Shown here: positions 23,917-38,886 of the stretch, piece after piece | How positions within the stretch are numbered: position 1 is the stretch's first letter | How the letters are laid out: every line of letters begins with the position of its first letter | Source of the DNA: Octopus vulgaris | Taxonomy: Eukaryota | Direction: 5' to 3' | Length of the DNA: 64,000 nt | Assembly (NCBI GenBank): GCA_951406725.2 | Contig: OX597818.1 | Location: 135,470,001-135,534,000 of the forward strand | Made by a program: the position numbers and the translations under genes | Notes under the pieces: model-generated | The model's database searches: none | The model's input: the letters and a program-made list of their open reading frames with translations, nothing else | What the model was told of the DNA's origin: nothing

Positions 23917-24270
23917 TCATCATCATCATCATCGTTTAGCATCCACTTTCCATGCTAGCATGGGTTGGACGGTTCAACTGGGGTCTGGGAAGCCAGAAGG
24001 CTGCACCAGGCCCAGTCTGATCTGGCAATGTTTCTACGGCTGGATGCCTTTCCTAATGCCAACCACTCCGTGAGTGTAGTGGGTGCTTTTTACATGCCAC
24101 CGGCACAGGTGTCAGACGAGGCTGGCAAACGACCACGTTTCGGATGGTGATTTTTACGTGCCACCGGCACGGAGGCCAGGCGACGCTGGCAATGGCCACG
24201 ATTGGATGGTGCTTTTTACGTGCCCCACCGGCATGGAGGCCAGTCGGGGCGGCGCTGGCAACGGCCACGT
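23917..24270 (-). mobile_element. RTE-related 3' end/non-autonomous repeat with (GAT)n tail (family D)
   Basis: Same tail as the RT-coding copy at 56385-57345; internal GCCACCGGCAC subrepeats. Confidence 0.8.
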
Positions 24271-24736
24271 TTGGGCCCTAACACACTAAACCACTCTAGT
24301 CATACATATTCTTTCCTGAAACCTCCTCACCAAGAAATAATTATCTACATTCTGTCAACAGTTGAATTATTATATTTTATCTTTTCTTTTGTTTCAATCA
24401 TTAGACTAAGGCCAGACTGGGGCACATTGAATTTTTACTTAAACAAATCAACCTTTTTTTTAAGCCTGGTATTCTATTGGTCTATTGGGCTGAACCGTTA
24501 AGTTATGAGGACATAAACACACCAACACTGGTTGTCAAGCATTGGTGGGAGACAAAGATGCACAAACACATATACAACGTGCTTCTTCCAGTTTCTGCCT
24601 ACCAAATCCACTCAGGGCTTTGGCTGACCTGAGGCCATAGTGGAAGACACTTGCCACACAGGACTGAACCGGAACTGTGTGGTTGAGAAGCAAGCTTCAT
24701 ACCACACACTCATGCCTCTACCTATTTATCTACAGT

Positions 24737-25127
24737 TTACTCTTTTACTTGTTTCAGTCATTTGACTGTGGCCATGCTGGAGCACCGCCTTTAATCGAGC
24801 AACTCGACCCCGGGACTTATTCTTTTGTAAGCCCAGTACTTATTCTATCGGTCTCTTTTGCTGAACCGCCAAGTAATGGGGACATAAACACACCAGCATC
24901 GGTTGTCAAGCAATGCTAGGGGGACAAACACAAACACACACGCATATACACATATACATATATACGACGGGTTTCTTTCAGTTTCCGTCTACCAAATCCA
25001 CTCACAAGGCTTTGGTCGGCCCGAGGCTATAGTAGAAGACACTTTGCCCAAGGTGCCACACAGTGGGACTGAACCTGGGACCATGTGGTTGGTAAACAAG
25101 CTACTCACCACACAGCCACTCCTGCGC
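24737..25127 (-). mobile_element. SINE family B
   Basis: Reverse-complement match to 291-700; an older diverged copy is adjacent at ~24390-24715. Confidence 0.9.
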
Positions 25128-25254
25128 CTTAAAAGTTTGTTGAGGTGTGAACTTCATAATTCATAAGTTGCCACAACTATATTTTTGAAGATATGGTTTT
25201 GAATAGCTTAACAACTGAGTAATATTAAAGAATCAACTGTCCTATAATCATGTG

Positions 25255-25560
25255 AAGGTCCAAGGTTCAGTAGTTAGAGCGCCAGACTGACAATCATGAG
25301 GTGAGTTCAATTCCTGGACCAGGCAGTATGTTGCATTCTTGAGCAAAACTACAGTTCTTCAGCTGCAGAAATGAGTTGCGACATCACTAGTGCCAAGCTG
25401 TATTGGCCTTTGCCTTTCTTTTGGATAACATCAGTGGCAGGAAGGCTGGTATGCATGGGTGACTGCTGGTCTTCCAGAAACGAACTTTCCTGGACTTGTG
25501 CCTAGTGAGGGGAATTTTCTAGGAGCAATCCTATGATCATTCATGACTGAAGGAGCTCTT
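25255..25560 (+). mobile_element. Older tRNA-derived SINE, family E
   Basis: GGTTCAGTAGTTAGAGCG head; homologous to 59292-59915. Confidence 0.7.
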
Positions 25561-25835
25561 ATTATCCAAAGCTCATTGCCTCAGAGTTCTTAGTTCAAAT
25601 CATGCTAAAATTTGGGAAAGGTACAACACTGATAGTTCGGAACCTCTACTAATTTACAAATAGACTTCAAATTCCTGTAGCTGCCAGACCAGTTTCCACA
25701 GTTTATTGTACAGTATTAAAAAACTTTGAAACTCATGGTTCAGAAAAATCAGTAATCCAGAAGGGCTTTGGAATCAAAGGTTCCAGAAAACCAATGTATC
25801 TCTATTCCTTTATACCACAAAAATTTTTTTAAAAT

Positions 25836-26225
25836 GTAGGAGTGGCTGTGTGGTAAGTAGCTTGCCCACCAACCACATGGTTCTGGGTTCAGTCCCACTG
25901 CGTGGCATCTTGGGCAAGTGTCTTCTGCTATAGCCTCGGGCCGACCAATGCCTTGTGAGTGGATTTGGTAGATGGAAACTGAAAGAAGCCCGTCGTATAT
26001 ATGTATTTATATGTATGTTTGTGTGTCTGTGTTTGTCCCTCTAGCATTGCTTGACAACCAATGCTGATGTGTTTACGTCCCCGTCACTTAGCGGTTCGGC
26101 AAAAGAGACCAATAGAATAAGTACTGGGCTTACAAAGAATAAGTCCCGGGATAAATTTGCTCGACTAAAGACGGTGCTCCAGCATGGCCGCAGTCAAATG
26201 ACTGAAACATGTAAAAAAGAGAGAG
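25836..26225 (+). mobile_element. SINE family B
   Basis: Matches 291-700. Confidence 0.9.
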
Positions 26226-26489
26226 TATGACATCATTGAGGATTCATTCCTCCCTTAAACTAAAATGAGCTGAAAATCTTTTATTATAAATGACAAAATT
26301 ATGTCTATTTTTAGGAGAGGAGCAAAATTTGTTGAAAGAGGAATAGTGTGTGTGTGTGTGACAAAGCTAGAGAGATGTGTTGCCACTATAGTCTCTCCAT
26401 TACATCAACTAGGGAGGGACAAGAAAAAGTTGTTGAGAAAGAAATGGAGAGAGTGTATATGAAGAGACAGTGTTCTCACCATCATAACT

Positions 26490-26863
26490 GGATGGAAGCA
26501 CTCCGTCGGTTATGACAACGAGGGTTCCTGTTGATCCGATCAACGGAACAGCCTGCTCGTGGAATTAACGTGTAAGTGGCTGAGCACTCCACAGACATGT
26601 GTACCCTTAACGTAGTTCTCGGGGATATTCAGCGTGACAAGGCCGGCCCTTTGAAATACAGGTACAACAGAAACAGGAAGTAAGAGTGAGAGAAAGTTGT
26701 GGTGAAAGAGTACAGCAGGGATCACCACCATCCCCTGCCGGAGCCTCGTGGAGCTTTAGGTGTTTTCGCTCAATAAACACTCACAACGCCCGGTCTGGGA
26801 ATCGAAACCACGATCCTACGACCGCAAGTCCACTGCCCTAACCACTGGGGCCATTGCACCTCC
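26490..26863 (-). mobile_element. SINE family A
   Basis: TSD accatcataact. Confidence 0.92.
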
Positions 26864-27486
26864 ACCATCATAACTAACAAGTTTTGAAAGATATAGTTAT
26901 TTTTTGTGGTTGTTTGTGTCTTTCAACATATAGAAAACACTACAGATTTTTTTTAAAATTTCACTTTGAATACAAGAAGGAAAGGAGAAAAGGTTGTTTT
27001 GGGACAGAGGGAATGTGTGTACAAAGGATAGGTATTGTTACCATAGCAACTAACAAGTTTTGATTTAAAACAGAGAAATTTTAAGTGCAAGTCTGTCAGC
27101 ATTTTAAATAAATGTTCAACAATATTCAAACTGTTATTAATTAATGTTCACCAAGAAAGTCAATCTAAACATATGCATAATTTATGAAGGTATGTGCACG
27201 TGATTTAGGAATATTTTTACCTGACAGCATAGTGGCAGTTAGTGAACTAGTAATTCTATAATGGCTGAAACTAGAACTAAAAGCTTAGACGTTGTTTCAT
27301 ACCTCTTGATTGTAAACTGAAATCATGGGGCAATCAACGCTGCCTTTTGTTCAAAGATGCAATACAATTTGTACCAGTAATATGATGAGGTAGTTCCAGA
27401 TAACCATTTTGTGATTGGTTCCAAGTCAAATATAGAAACCAATAAAATTCAACTGCTTGTTACACCAAATATGAAATTTTTATTAA

Positions 27487-27691
27487 CCCTTTTGTTACCG
27501 TATTTATTTTGAGATGCTCTGTGTTTCTTTCAATTATTTAAAATATAACAAAGAATTTAGTAAAATAACTTAGTTATCATTAAGCTAGTGTTAGGAATAT
27601 AAATTGCAACTAAGGTTTGGTGGTATATTTTGATGCAAAACTTATGAAAACAAGACATTTGTACTACAGAGCCGGGTTAGTAACGAAAGGG
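27487..27691. mobile_element. piggyBac-type MITE, family 1
   Basis: TTAA TSDs; near-identical to 2937-3141. Confidence 0.85.
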
Positions 27692-28067
27692 TTAAAAGTC
27701 TGGGATATCTTAACATGCTTTTGAATTTTCAAAATTATCAGTTTTAACTATTTTTGCTTGTTTTTCAATATCTCTATTCAATCCCTCCTGTAAATCACCC
27801 ATATTGCTACTTTCCCATCACGATGCCTGTGAAACAAGGGAGATAATCATCCGAGCCATTACTCTCTCCTCTCACAATTACATCCTGTATCTTTGTTCAA
27901 TCCTTTGCCAGCAAACATAGCCACCATCAATCACTCTCTTCCATTACTCCTGCCTGACACTGTTTTCTTTCACAGTCACAGTTTCTTGCACCTCTGGGCT
28001 CTGCTTATTTTTCCTGCATTAAATGAATGAAAAACACAGTGAAGACTCGGACACATAATGACCTCTA

Positions 28068-28314
28068 TAGTGGCACGTAAAAAGCACCATCCAACCGTGG
28101 CCGTTTGCCAGACTTGTCTGGCACCTGTGCAAGTGGCACGTAAAAAGCACCCACTACACTCGTGGAGTGGTTGGCGTTAGGAAGGACATCCAGTCATAGA
28201 AACATTGCCAGATCAGACTGGGCCTGGTGCAGCCTTCTGGCTTCCCAGACCCCAGTTGCACCGTCCAACCCATGCCAGCATGGAAAGCGGACGCTTAACG
28301 ATGATGATGATGAT
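28068..28314 (+). mobile_element. Family D RTE-related 3' end
   Basis: Ends AACGATGATGATGAT. Confidence 0.8.
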
Positions 28315-28880
28315 AGTACTGTAAAATGCACATGGTATACAGTGTGAAGTGAATGGCTGTAGGAAGAGCATTCAATTATGGAAACCATGCAAAGACTGGA
28401 ACTTATGAGCAGAATTGCTTCTCCAACCAGCAACTCCAAACCAGAATTGATTTGAATTTTGACCCATCCCATCCTTGCTAATATGGAAATTGCCTACAAA
28501 ATAACGTTTACAATTGTTTGTCCTTATTTTACTACAACCATGAAATAGTTGTCACTCACCCATCACTAGTACTAAATGCTTAGACATTCAATTTCACACC
28601 TTTTGACTGTAAGTTGAAATCTTGTGGCAATTAATGTTGCCTTTTGGTTTTCCAAGATGCACGCTCATTTATTCATTCATCTAATTTTGTCACAATTTGG
28701 CTGACCGAAAACTCTTGGTTATAGCTCTAGTTAAGAATTCAAATGCCCAATTCTATCTCATTATTATCATTATTCTCTCACACCAGCAGCCTGAGTTTTT
28801 GCTGTTTTGAAGTGCGCCCACCCTTCCCACCACCTGTACTGGAAGTCTATCTTTTGACCTCTATCGGATGTCTCACCCAT

Positions 28881-29252
28881 GGGAAGCACTCCGTCGGTTA
28901 CGACGATGAGGGTTCCAGTTGATCTGAATCAATGGAACAGCCTGCTCGTAAAATTAACGTGTAAGTGGCTGAGCACTCCACAGACACGTGCACCCTTAAC
29001 GTAGTTCTCGGGGATATTCAGCGTGACACAGAGAGTGACAAGGCTGGCCCCTTGAAATACAGGTACAACAGAAACAGGAAGTAAGAGTGAGAGAAAAAGT
29101 ACAGCAGGGATCACCACCATCCCCTGCCGGAGCCTCGTGGACCTTTTAGGTGTTTTCACTCAATAAACACTCACAACGCCCGGTCTGGGAATCGAAACGG
29201 CGATCCTATGATCACGAGTCCCCTGCCCTAACCACTGGGCCATTGCGCCTCC
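28881..29252 (-). mobile_element. SINE family A
   Basis: Reverse-complement match to 18349-18719. Confidence 0.9.
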
Positions 29253-29329
29253 CATGAACACCTCCAAAGGCTTAATGTTCCCTCATCCCTACTTAGGGTT
29301 TATCTCCTATGTAATGTAGTGATTATGTA

Positions 29330-30425
29330 GCACATGAAAATGGTGCAGTGTATGCAGGTCGAAGGCTCTTGTATGTTTGAGTTCTGCCAAATGTGAGCTT
29401 TTTCTTCAGGTACAAGATGTTGCTGTCCCCCATCCAAGGGTCTCATTGGCCCCCACCTCCCAGACCCTCAGAGTTGGCACACTGAAAGGTAGGTCTGGTG
29501 ATAGAATTCCCTGCTACCACCATTCTTCCATGCCTGTTTCTTTTCCCTAATGGCCCTGTCAACTACATTGTTCCACCACCACATTATCTTGGGCCAAGAA
29601 AGGACTTCCCACCATCCACAGATCCGGTCAGTAGCCCTGTAGAAACCTCCAGTTGTCTTCCACATCATGTGATGCTATATCCCCCTCTATTTCGTCAAAA
29701 GCTATGAGTAATACAATTCTAAATATCTGTCCATTCGCAGGATCCTTAAGCTTCCAGACCTTTCTCCTCCATGCTGGTTGTCTTCTGTGCTTCCTTTTAG
29801 CCCTGATCCTGAAGTTGCTAACTACTAATTTATGTTGTGGGGTGCATTCTTCACCTGGGAAGGTCTTGCCATTTGTAAGTAGCCATCCATCTCATTTTCT
29901 GGCAAGGATGTAATCACTTTGACGAGTGTGTCCACCAGATCAGTAGATGAATAGGTGACTAGCAGGTTTCATGAAGTTAGTATTACAAACCATAAGATCA
30001 TTTGCATTGCAGAACTCCATCAACCTGGTTCCTTGCCTCATTGTGGGAACCAAAACCATAGCCTCCATGTATGCCATGGAAGTCCCCTGCATGTTGTTCA
30101 AGCCACAAACAAAAGGTCCCTGTCATTCGTTGATGAGATAGTCTGCAAGAAGGTGTCATAAAACCAGTCTTTCTGTTCATCAGGTAGTCCCGACTGAGGT
30201 GCATAGGCTGAGATAATGGTTGCTAATCCATGATGAAGCACTAATCTAATCTTAAGTATTCTATCACAGAGTCTGCCCACACCATCAGTATTCCCTGTCC
30301 AGAAAATCTTATACCTATGTCCTTTACCTGTGAGGAACCTAGCAGAACTTCCTCTCCACCTTACATCTTGGATGCAGCACAAATCTACACATCTCCATTC
30401 AAGCATCTCAACAATCTCACCATAC
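29330..30425 (-). mobile_element. Decayed RTE LINE endonuclease region
   Basis: VDLCCIQDVRWRG, TIISAYAPQSG and WWWNNVVDRAIREK motifs. Confidence 0.85.
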
Positions 30426-30429
30426 TGGA

Positions 30430-31460
30430 CCTGCAGTCAGTGCCACTTCAGCTCTGATGCAGCCTCACACCTCGACAACCAGCTATCTACGGAGGACTTT
30501 GCTGCAGCCCTCCAGGTTTTATCTAAATCAAAGCTTGTTGAACGGATCACTAAGGGAGCTCAAAATAGCTTTGCTCGCATACTCTCCAGCTTGTTGAAAA
30601 ACATGTTTATCCAACAATGCGTTCGACTGGCAGAAACTCCTTCTGTTCCTCTGCATCTCTCTCCGCATGCACGATGTGAAATCGAACTCCCTTACATCCT
30701 CACACAAGTGACAGTTCCAGCTATTTGAGTCCATCCGACCACTTCTCACCTCAGTTTGACATTGAGCATGGTGCCTACCGACAGGCAACCGATAAACCTT
30801 AAGTGCACAGTCGATGCTAAATTCAGTAAATTCGACATAAAAGGGGCTGTCCGTCTCCTCTCTTACTGCATGTGACTGAGTCTCTGACGCCTGAAAGAGA
30901 AGCACCCACTGGCATTCCCTGATAATCAACTAAACTGGCCTGATCCCCCAGAATACTTGAGACCAGCCTTCACCTCTGACAACATCAGAAAGGCAATTTC
31001 ATCCTCCCCTGCTGGTTCAGGTGCAGGAATTGATGACCTTCAGCCTCAACACCTCAAGGATGGTATCTCTTTATCGGCCAGTGACCAGCTCTCTTCAGCA
31101 AACATCTTCCCTTATATCAGCCCACTATTCTTCAGTGCAAAAGTATTTTGGCTCACAAAACCCAATGGAGACCTGCACCCCATTGTGCTCAGCTGCACCC
31201 TTTGCCATCTCACTGCAAAGGTGTGCTTACAATTGGTCTAGTTTATTCCACCTAGGAGTGGGTACCAAATTGGGATGTGAAGCTGCTGCCTATGCTACCA
31301 GAACCTATGCCAACTTGCCTCCTTGTCACCCAAGGTCATCCTCAAACTTGACTTTCAGAATGCCTTCAACTCCATCAACTGCAATGCTGTCTGTCCTCAG
31401 CTCAGTAAGAGAGGAAGTCCCACAACTCAACCGCCTGGCATGGCAGGCTTATTTAAGGAT
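30430..31460 (+). mobile_element. Decayed CRE-clade-like non-LTR RT fragment
   Basis: AISSSPAGSGAGIDDLQPQHLKD, KPNGDLHPI, LGVGTKLGCEAA and ILKLDFQNAFNSI. Confidence 0.7.
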
Positions 31461-32420
31461 GACCTGTCAGGTCTTGTTTTGTCAAGTATTCCAAAACATC
31501 TTGACCATTCTTTAAGGCAGTCACTTTAAACATTGATCAACTGTCCAAATCAATGTAAATAGCTTCTCAAATAAATATTTGTCTAACACAAACCAAAGCA
31601 GATAACCATTATTAATATCCCACTTTTTAGAATAGGTACACAGTAGGTCTGCACCATTGTTAGAGGCAAATAAAAGGACTGGTGCCAGCAAGAGCATCCA
31701 GCTATAAAACACTGCACGAAAACTCCCAACCAACCCCTGCCAGCATGGAAAAACAGGTGTAAAAACACTGAATCAGAGGCAGCTGACCATTTCAAATTTA
31801 TATAATAGTTTTTCATAAACTGAAATGCAAACCTTTCTCTTAATTATGTAAACCTATCATTTCAGGCTCAACATTTAGACTCATCCAATGTAATTTTCAT
31901 TGTTATATTACTTCCTTTGTCCTTTAGTCAGAGCAATCACATATGAACACATTTCGAGGGTAGGTTATGTATTTCATCAGACATGTAGGAGGGTTAAGAA
32001 TTATCTACAATAGTATTCAACTTATGCTATCATACCATGGCAACTGATAAAAATCCTAAAGTCATCACTATTGATTCACAGTTGGCCATAAAGGACATAT
32101 CACTGTGTTCTAAGAAAAAATAAATAAAATTTTTTTTTAAACCCTTCCACTTTTCAATAATTTTGGTTCAATCTAGAAATAGAAGATTCACTTTCCAGAC
32201 TACTCTCAATACACTCAGCATCTAGTCATAGAAATCAAGCTATAATGAAATGATTACAAGAAGTGGTACCTGACGCATCTAGTGGGGCAGTAACCCTGAA
32301 TAAGAACCAATAGACTAATGACTTATTCAGTTATTGCCATGACAATATATTTATGCAAATGAAATTTAATGAAGAAAAAAGAAAAAACTATTTACAAGAT
32401 AAAATATAATTTACAAGATT

Positions 32421-32426
32421 TTTATT
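32421..32426 (-). promoter_or_regulatory. Candidate polyadenylation signal of beta-tubulin
   Basis: AATAAA on the minus strand ~180 nt after the stop codon. Confidence 0.5.
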
Positions 32427-32606
32427 CAACACTTTACATTAGTCAAGGTAACCTCGAGAACACTTGAGTTTTGGCGACCAACAGTTTTTTTTTTTCTTCT
32501 TCATGAATAGAGGTGGAAAAGAAAACCAATCATGGAGATTAGGAGAGGGGGTTTCGAAATGGAATGTCAAAAAATAAAAGAAGAAATAAAAGCGAATAGA
32601 TGTCAT

Positions 32607-33443
<837 letters not shown>

Positions 33444-33459
33444 TTATATGTACTAAATA

Positions 33460-33560
33460 TGAGAGAGAGAGAGAGAGAGAGAGTGCAAGAGAGGGGGGAA
33501 CGAGAGAGAGAGAGAGAGAGAGAAGAACGTGTGCGAGAGAGAGTGGGGAGTGAGTGAGCG
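33460..33560. repeat. (GA)n microsatellite
   Basis: Direct observation. Confidence 0.9.
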
Positions 33561-34942
33561 AGATAAAACACATCTCGATCCGTTTTGTGAAGTTGTTTTA
33601 ACAGAGGACCAATTATTGAATAATTTTCAAGAACAGTGACTGACAATGTTATAGTCTGGTCTGCTGTGTGTCTGACTATATATGGAGGTTGCGAATTGAA
33701 GTGTAAGGGGACCGTTTGCGTGCTGATCGCATTCTACTAAATTTCAATCACCAACCAATCAATGAGCAATAGTTTTGTCTTGCTCATTTTTGCCTTCTCT
33801 TTGTTGCATGGTTAATCGTTTTAGAGTTTGCTAATGATTTTCTAAAAATTATTAATATTTTTCAGTCTTTATAGTACAAGCTGTTGTTCAGTATCTCTCC
33901 GTATGATAAATAATTACGACAATTATCGATTTTACCGTACATTTTTTAATATTGTGAGTCACACTATTTCAATTGGTCGGCGTTTGGGCTGCCACACCAT
34001 TAGTAGAAATACGGTACATATATAAAATAATACAAACGTTGCTTTAAAAAAGTACGGAACTAGAATTGAAAAATGCACACTCAAATAATAAACCTTAAAA
34101 ATTATGGGACTAGCATTGTTGCTCGAAAATATTGGAATCACTCTATGTTGTACATGTTGTGACATCCTTTTACCACAAATTTGTTTAGTTCATCATAATT
34201 AAGTTATATTAAAAATTAATCAAGTTTAATTATCGTATGCTCAATTTTAAAACATTTGTGTACAAATACATGTCATCATGTACAAATACATGTAATCACT
34301 CAAAAATAATTTAGTAATAATTTAATTTACATAAGTGTTTCATAATGTGAATTATCTTTGCTTATAATTATTTTAGTTTTGTACTTTGGCTGTTATATAC
34401 ATTTGATTTCATAAATCCAGTTTTTTTTTTCTTATCTTTTTATAAACTTTGGTATGAAGAGAGTATTAACGAATTTCCTTACTCAAAGTTAATATTTTGT
34501 ACATTTTGAAATTTTTATATTAATAACTTGGTTTAATAATTATATCTTAATTCACAAGAGTCTCTCTTCGTTTTAAGATGCCACAGAATGTACAACATAT
34601 AATTATTGTAATATTCAACAACATATAGTTATTCTAATATTGAACAACCTGGCATAGTGGTTAAGAGCACAGGCTACTAACTACAAGATTCCTAAACACA
34701 AATATTGAACAACATAGTTATTCTAATATTGAGCAACAATGCTAGTACCATACTTTTTAAGGTTTATTATGACATTCTGTAACCCTTTTGGGCATGTGCA
34801 TTTTTCAATTCTAGTCATATAGGGGACTCTTCACAGTTACTATCAACTCAGTTTCAATCATATGCCTTGAATCAACCCGAAGGTGAAAGATACTTGCCCA
34901 AAATACCATGTAGTAAGATCAAACCCAGAGCACAACAAATTA

Positions 34943-35401
<459 letters not shown>

Positions 35402-35516
35402 TCAGGCTGAAAGGGTACAATACTGGATTCCTAATTAATTTTATTTATGTATTAAACATGTTAGCACTTCATGCATGGCAAACTTGATTAATAATTGAAT
35501 GTATGTGTGTATTAAG

Positions 35517-35737
35517 TACAAGAGAGTGCTGAAAAGTTCTTGGCTTTTAAGGGTGTTGTGAAATGCCTGGTTGGAGGCCCAACCTTTCAAGTTCTTTTAC
35601 AGGACTTAGAAAAACCGAAGAGCCGTTGCAATGGGTGTGTGAATCTGAAAGGGGAATTATGTTGCATAAAATCATAACTGATCCCACTGTATTTTCTTTT
35701 AACCAAAGCCAGGAATTTTATAGCAACCCCTCGCGTA
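35517..35737. mobile_element. mariner-derived MITE
   Basis: Imperfect TIRs TACAAGAGAGTGCTGAAAAGTTCTTGGCTT / AAGCCAGGAATTTATAGCAACCCCTCGCGTA. Confidence 0.6.
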
Positions 35738-36186
35738 CGTGTGTGTGTGTGATGTACTTATTCATCTCAACACCCTAATTTCCATGCTTATATGGATCAG
35801 AAGCAGATTTTGTGATCAGATGTCCTTCCTATTTATGGTAAGGAACACTGCTTGTTTACGACCACCACGACAAAGTGGACACCCCCCCCCACTGCACACA
35901 TTTGTTCATATGGATTAGGCATAACTAAACAAATGCCCTTCTTGTCATCAACTCCAACCCGTTTCCAAAAAAGCAATATTTCCCCCTAGTATCTAGTGTG
36001 ATAGTCACGCTCATTTACAAATGTCATGTAATATCAAGACAAGGTTTCTTTCAGTCTCTAACAAATTAACTCAAAGCCAGAGTTGTAGAAAAACAAGCGA
36101 CTTAACCACAAATCTATGCTTGCGTTTTGTATACATACACACATCATTTTATTTAACATTTATGTAATCAGTAATATTGGCAATTA

Positions 36187-36300
<114 letters not shown>

Positions 36301-37234
36301 CTAGACAAATTAAAAATAAAATAGACAAATTAAAAACAAAATAGATAAATTAAAAATATAATAGATTTACATTGCATATGATTAAAAATAAAAGGTCTTC
36401 ACAAAACTCAAACTTTTGAACAGTTTTATATACACACATGCCCTCCACCCATCTGTCTATCATGTTCCTTCTATTGTCCTTGCCTTTATCACTTATCAAT
36501 CATGGTCCATCCTCCTCATTCTCACTGTACAATGCTGTCAGACAAACTCAAGGACAACGTGTTTGACATACTGCACATTAGAGAGATTTTAATATCTGCA
36601 TTTATCTCATATTCCTGCCATTGGGTATTAAGTATCGACATTGATTATTCACTTTTACTCTTATGACCTCATGGCAATGCCACAAAATGCACCCAATTCA
36701 CTCAGCTAAATGCAGGGTTGTAACAATCTTTTAGTCTTGACTTCCTGTAGCATTAGCGAAGAGGAAAAAAAAATCTTGCTAAGGACATCTAGCAATGGAA
36801 ATCTAGCCAAAAAGGAAACAAAGAAAAATGTCCTCCAACCCATACCAGCATGGAAAACTGAAGTGATTTCACTGATACTCAGGTAGATACTATCAAACTG
36901 ATATTGAAAAATTTGCAATGGAAATTATATTCGCAATTAAAAAACTAAAATCTCCCTCTATGTGAACTTGCTATACACACAAGTATATTAAATATATATG
37001 TATGGCACCACATAAAAAACACCCAGTACATTTTGTAAAGTGGTTGGCATTACGAAGGCCATCCAGCCATAAAAAACATGCCTAATAAATGGAACCTGGT
37101 GGAGCTCACCAGTTCCTGCCAAACTAATTCATGCTAGCATGGAAAACAAACGTTAAATGATGCAATACACTACAGTGAGTATTTAGTATAGAGAACACTC
37201 CTAAGCTATCGTCTTTCAGCTTTGTAGCCAATAT

Positions 37235-38886
37235 TCATAACCAGTACCGCTTTATTGTGTCTACTTCTGTAAACATTCTAAGCTCACTAATATCAAAGCT
37301 GTATCCCTTCAAAACCAGTTGAGGAGGGTAACCTTGCATACATGAGCAAGTGCTGGTTTTTACTTGAAAGGAAAAAAGAAAAAGCTGCCCAACAAAGCAT
37401 TCTTCAAGTGTAGATTCATAGACTTGTAAAACAGGGATCCCAGCCAGATCTATATATTCTAACAAAGGTATCTGTCCATATACAGGCATTTTATCAAAAT
37501 CAACACAAAATCTGAAAGAAAATTGGTTGGTATATGTCTAAATATCATGTACAGTTCATGCTAGTTGGTTCGTACCTGCATATAAAATCCTACATAATAT
37601 AGTAAGGTATTTGGCCAGGAGTGGTGGTGATGTCAGGCAATTCTCTTATTTTGAGATTCCATGTCCACGTTTCTATGTTGGTCAAACAGGGAGTCATTTG
37701 AGAAAGACCTTCCAGCCATAACCACTCCAATTTTCTTACCTCAAAAACTATGCTGCATTGGCTCATACATATATACATAAATTAAAAGTCGTAATTTGAG
37801 ACTAAGCTATGTACCATTGAGTCAATACATGGTGGCTCCATCACTGATTCATTCATAGTTTATGTATTATGCAATAATTAAAAACAAACATTATCAACAT
37901 AGAAGCACATTCGTTTCCAGTCAAAAGCAGTGAAAGTGGACTGCTTCTAGGTCCGTCCCTTCACCCAGACAGATCTCTAGTTCATGCATAAGAAAAGGCA
38001 TTTTTTTTTAAGGGTAATTTAAAACGTTATGCTACTGAGTTTAATAAAATGAACACGACTTCTGATTTATTGTCAGTGTTGCAATGTACAATTAAAGGAG
38101 TCCAGAGTTATAGCATTAAGAGGAACTATTAATCATGACAAGCTTTTTAAAACCTTCTAAACAAAAGCGCAGTTATTGTTTTCGTTTTCAAACTGCAGTT
38201 GTCATCCTCCTCCTCATCAATTCCTGTCCCTGCTATATATATATATATATTTTTTTATTTTTTTTTCATGTCTCGCTTTCACTGTTTACCACTGTTCCAA
38301 AGACGAGAGATTAACTCTTACAATAGTTGTCACTAGGTTCTAAACAGCATGTAACTACAATTCCAAAAAAAATTTTTAAAGTCAGGCAATCTTGTGAGAA
38401 AAAGTTAAGCCTAATTTTTAAAAGAATTTACAGAGGATGAAGGGAATTGAGTTTAATACTCTAACAATTCTGCCAATCCACTATTCTAGACGACACTATT
38501 TTATTGTCCAAGGTAACTTTGACAGGAATTGAAGAGTGCCACTAGATCAAATACAATTATTTCGTTCTACACTAACAACTTAACCAAAGCAAGTGACCTA
38601 TATAGACGTACCATTGTTGGCTAGTGTTTTGCTTTTTACACTTTCATTTTAAGCCCTTCTAAAACAGCTTACATTTAAAACCTTTTCAAGTATGCTCAGA
38701 AGTTTTGTGTGTGTGCTTAAGCTGTAGCAGCTCTTCTCTCAAATGTTTAGGATACTGGAGGTTTTTAGAATAATGATTAGCAAGCACCATATCTTCCACT
38801 GATGTACTGAGCCTGCACACACATCCTTTTGACTTCTTCCACGAGAGAGAAAACTGATCAAAAGGATAATCGAAGTTGATTTTGAA
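37235..38886 (-). pseudogene. Three frame-compatible exons of an unidentified decayed gene nested in tubulin intron 1
   Basis: Exons 38886-38673, 37747-37576 and 37511-37235 have AG/GT ends and matching phases; two internal stops. Confidence 0.5.
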
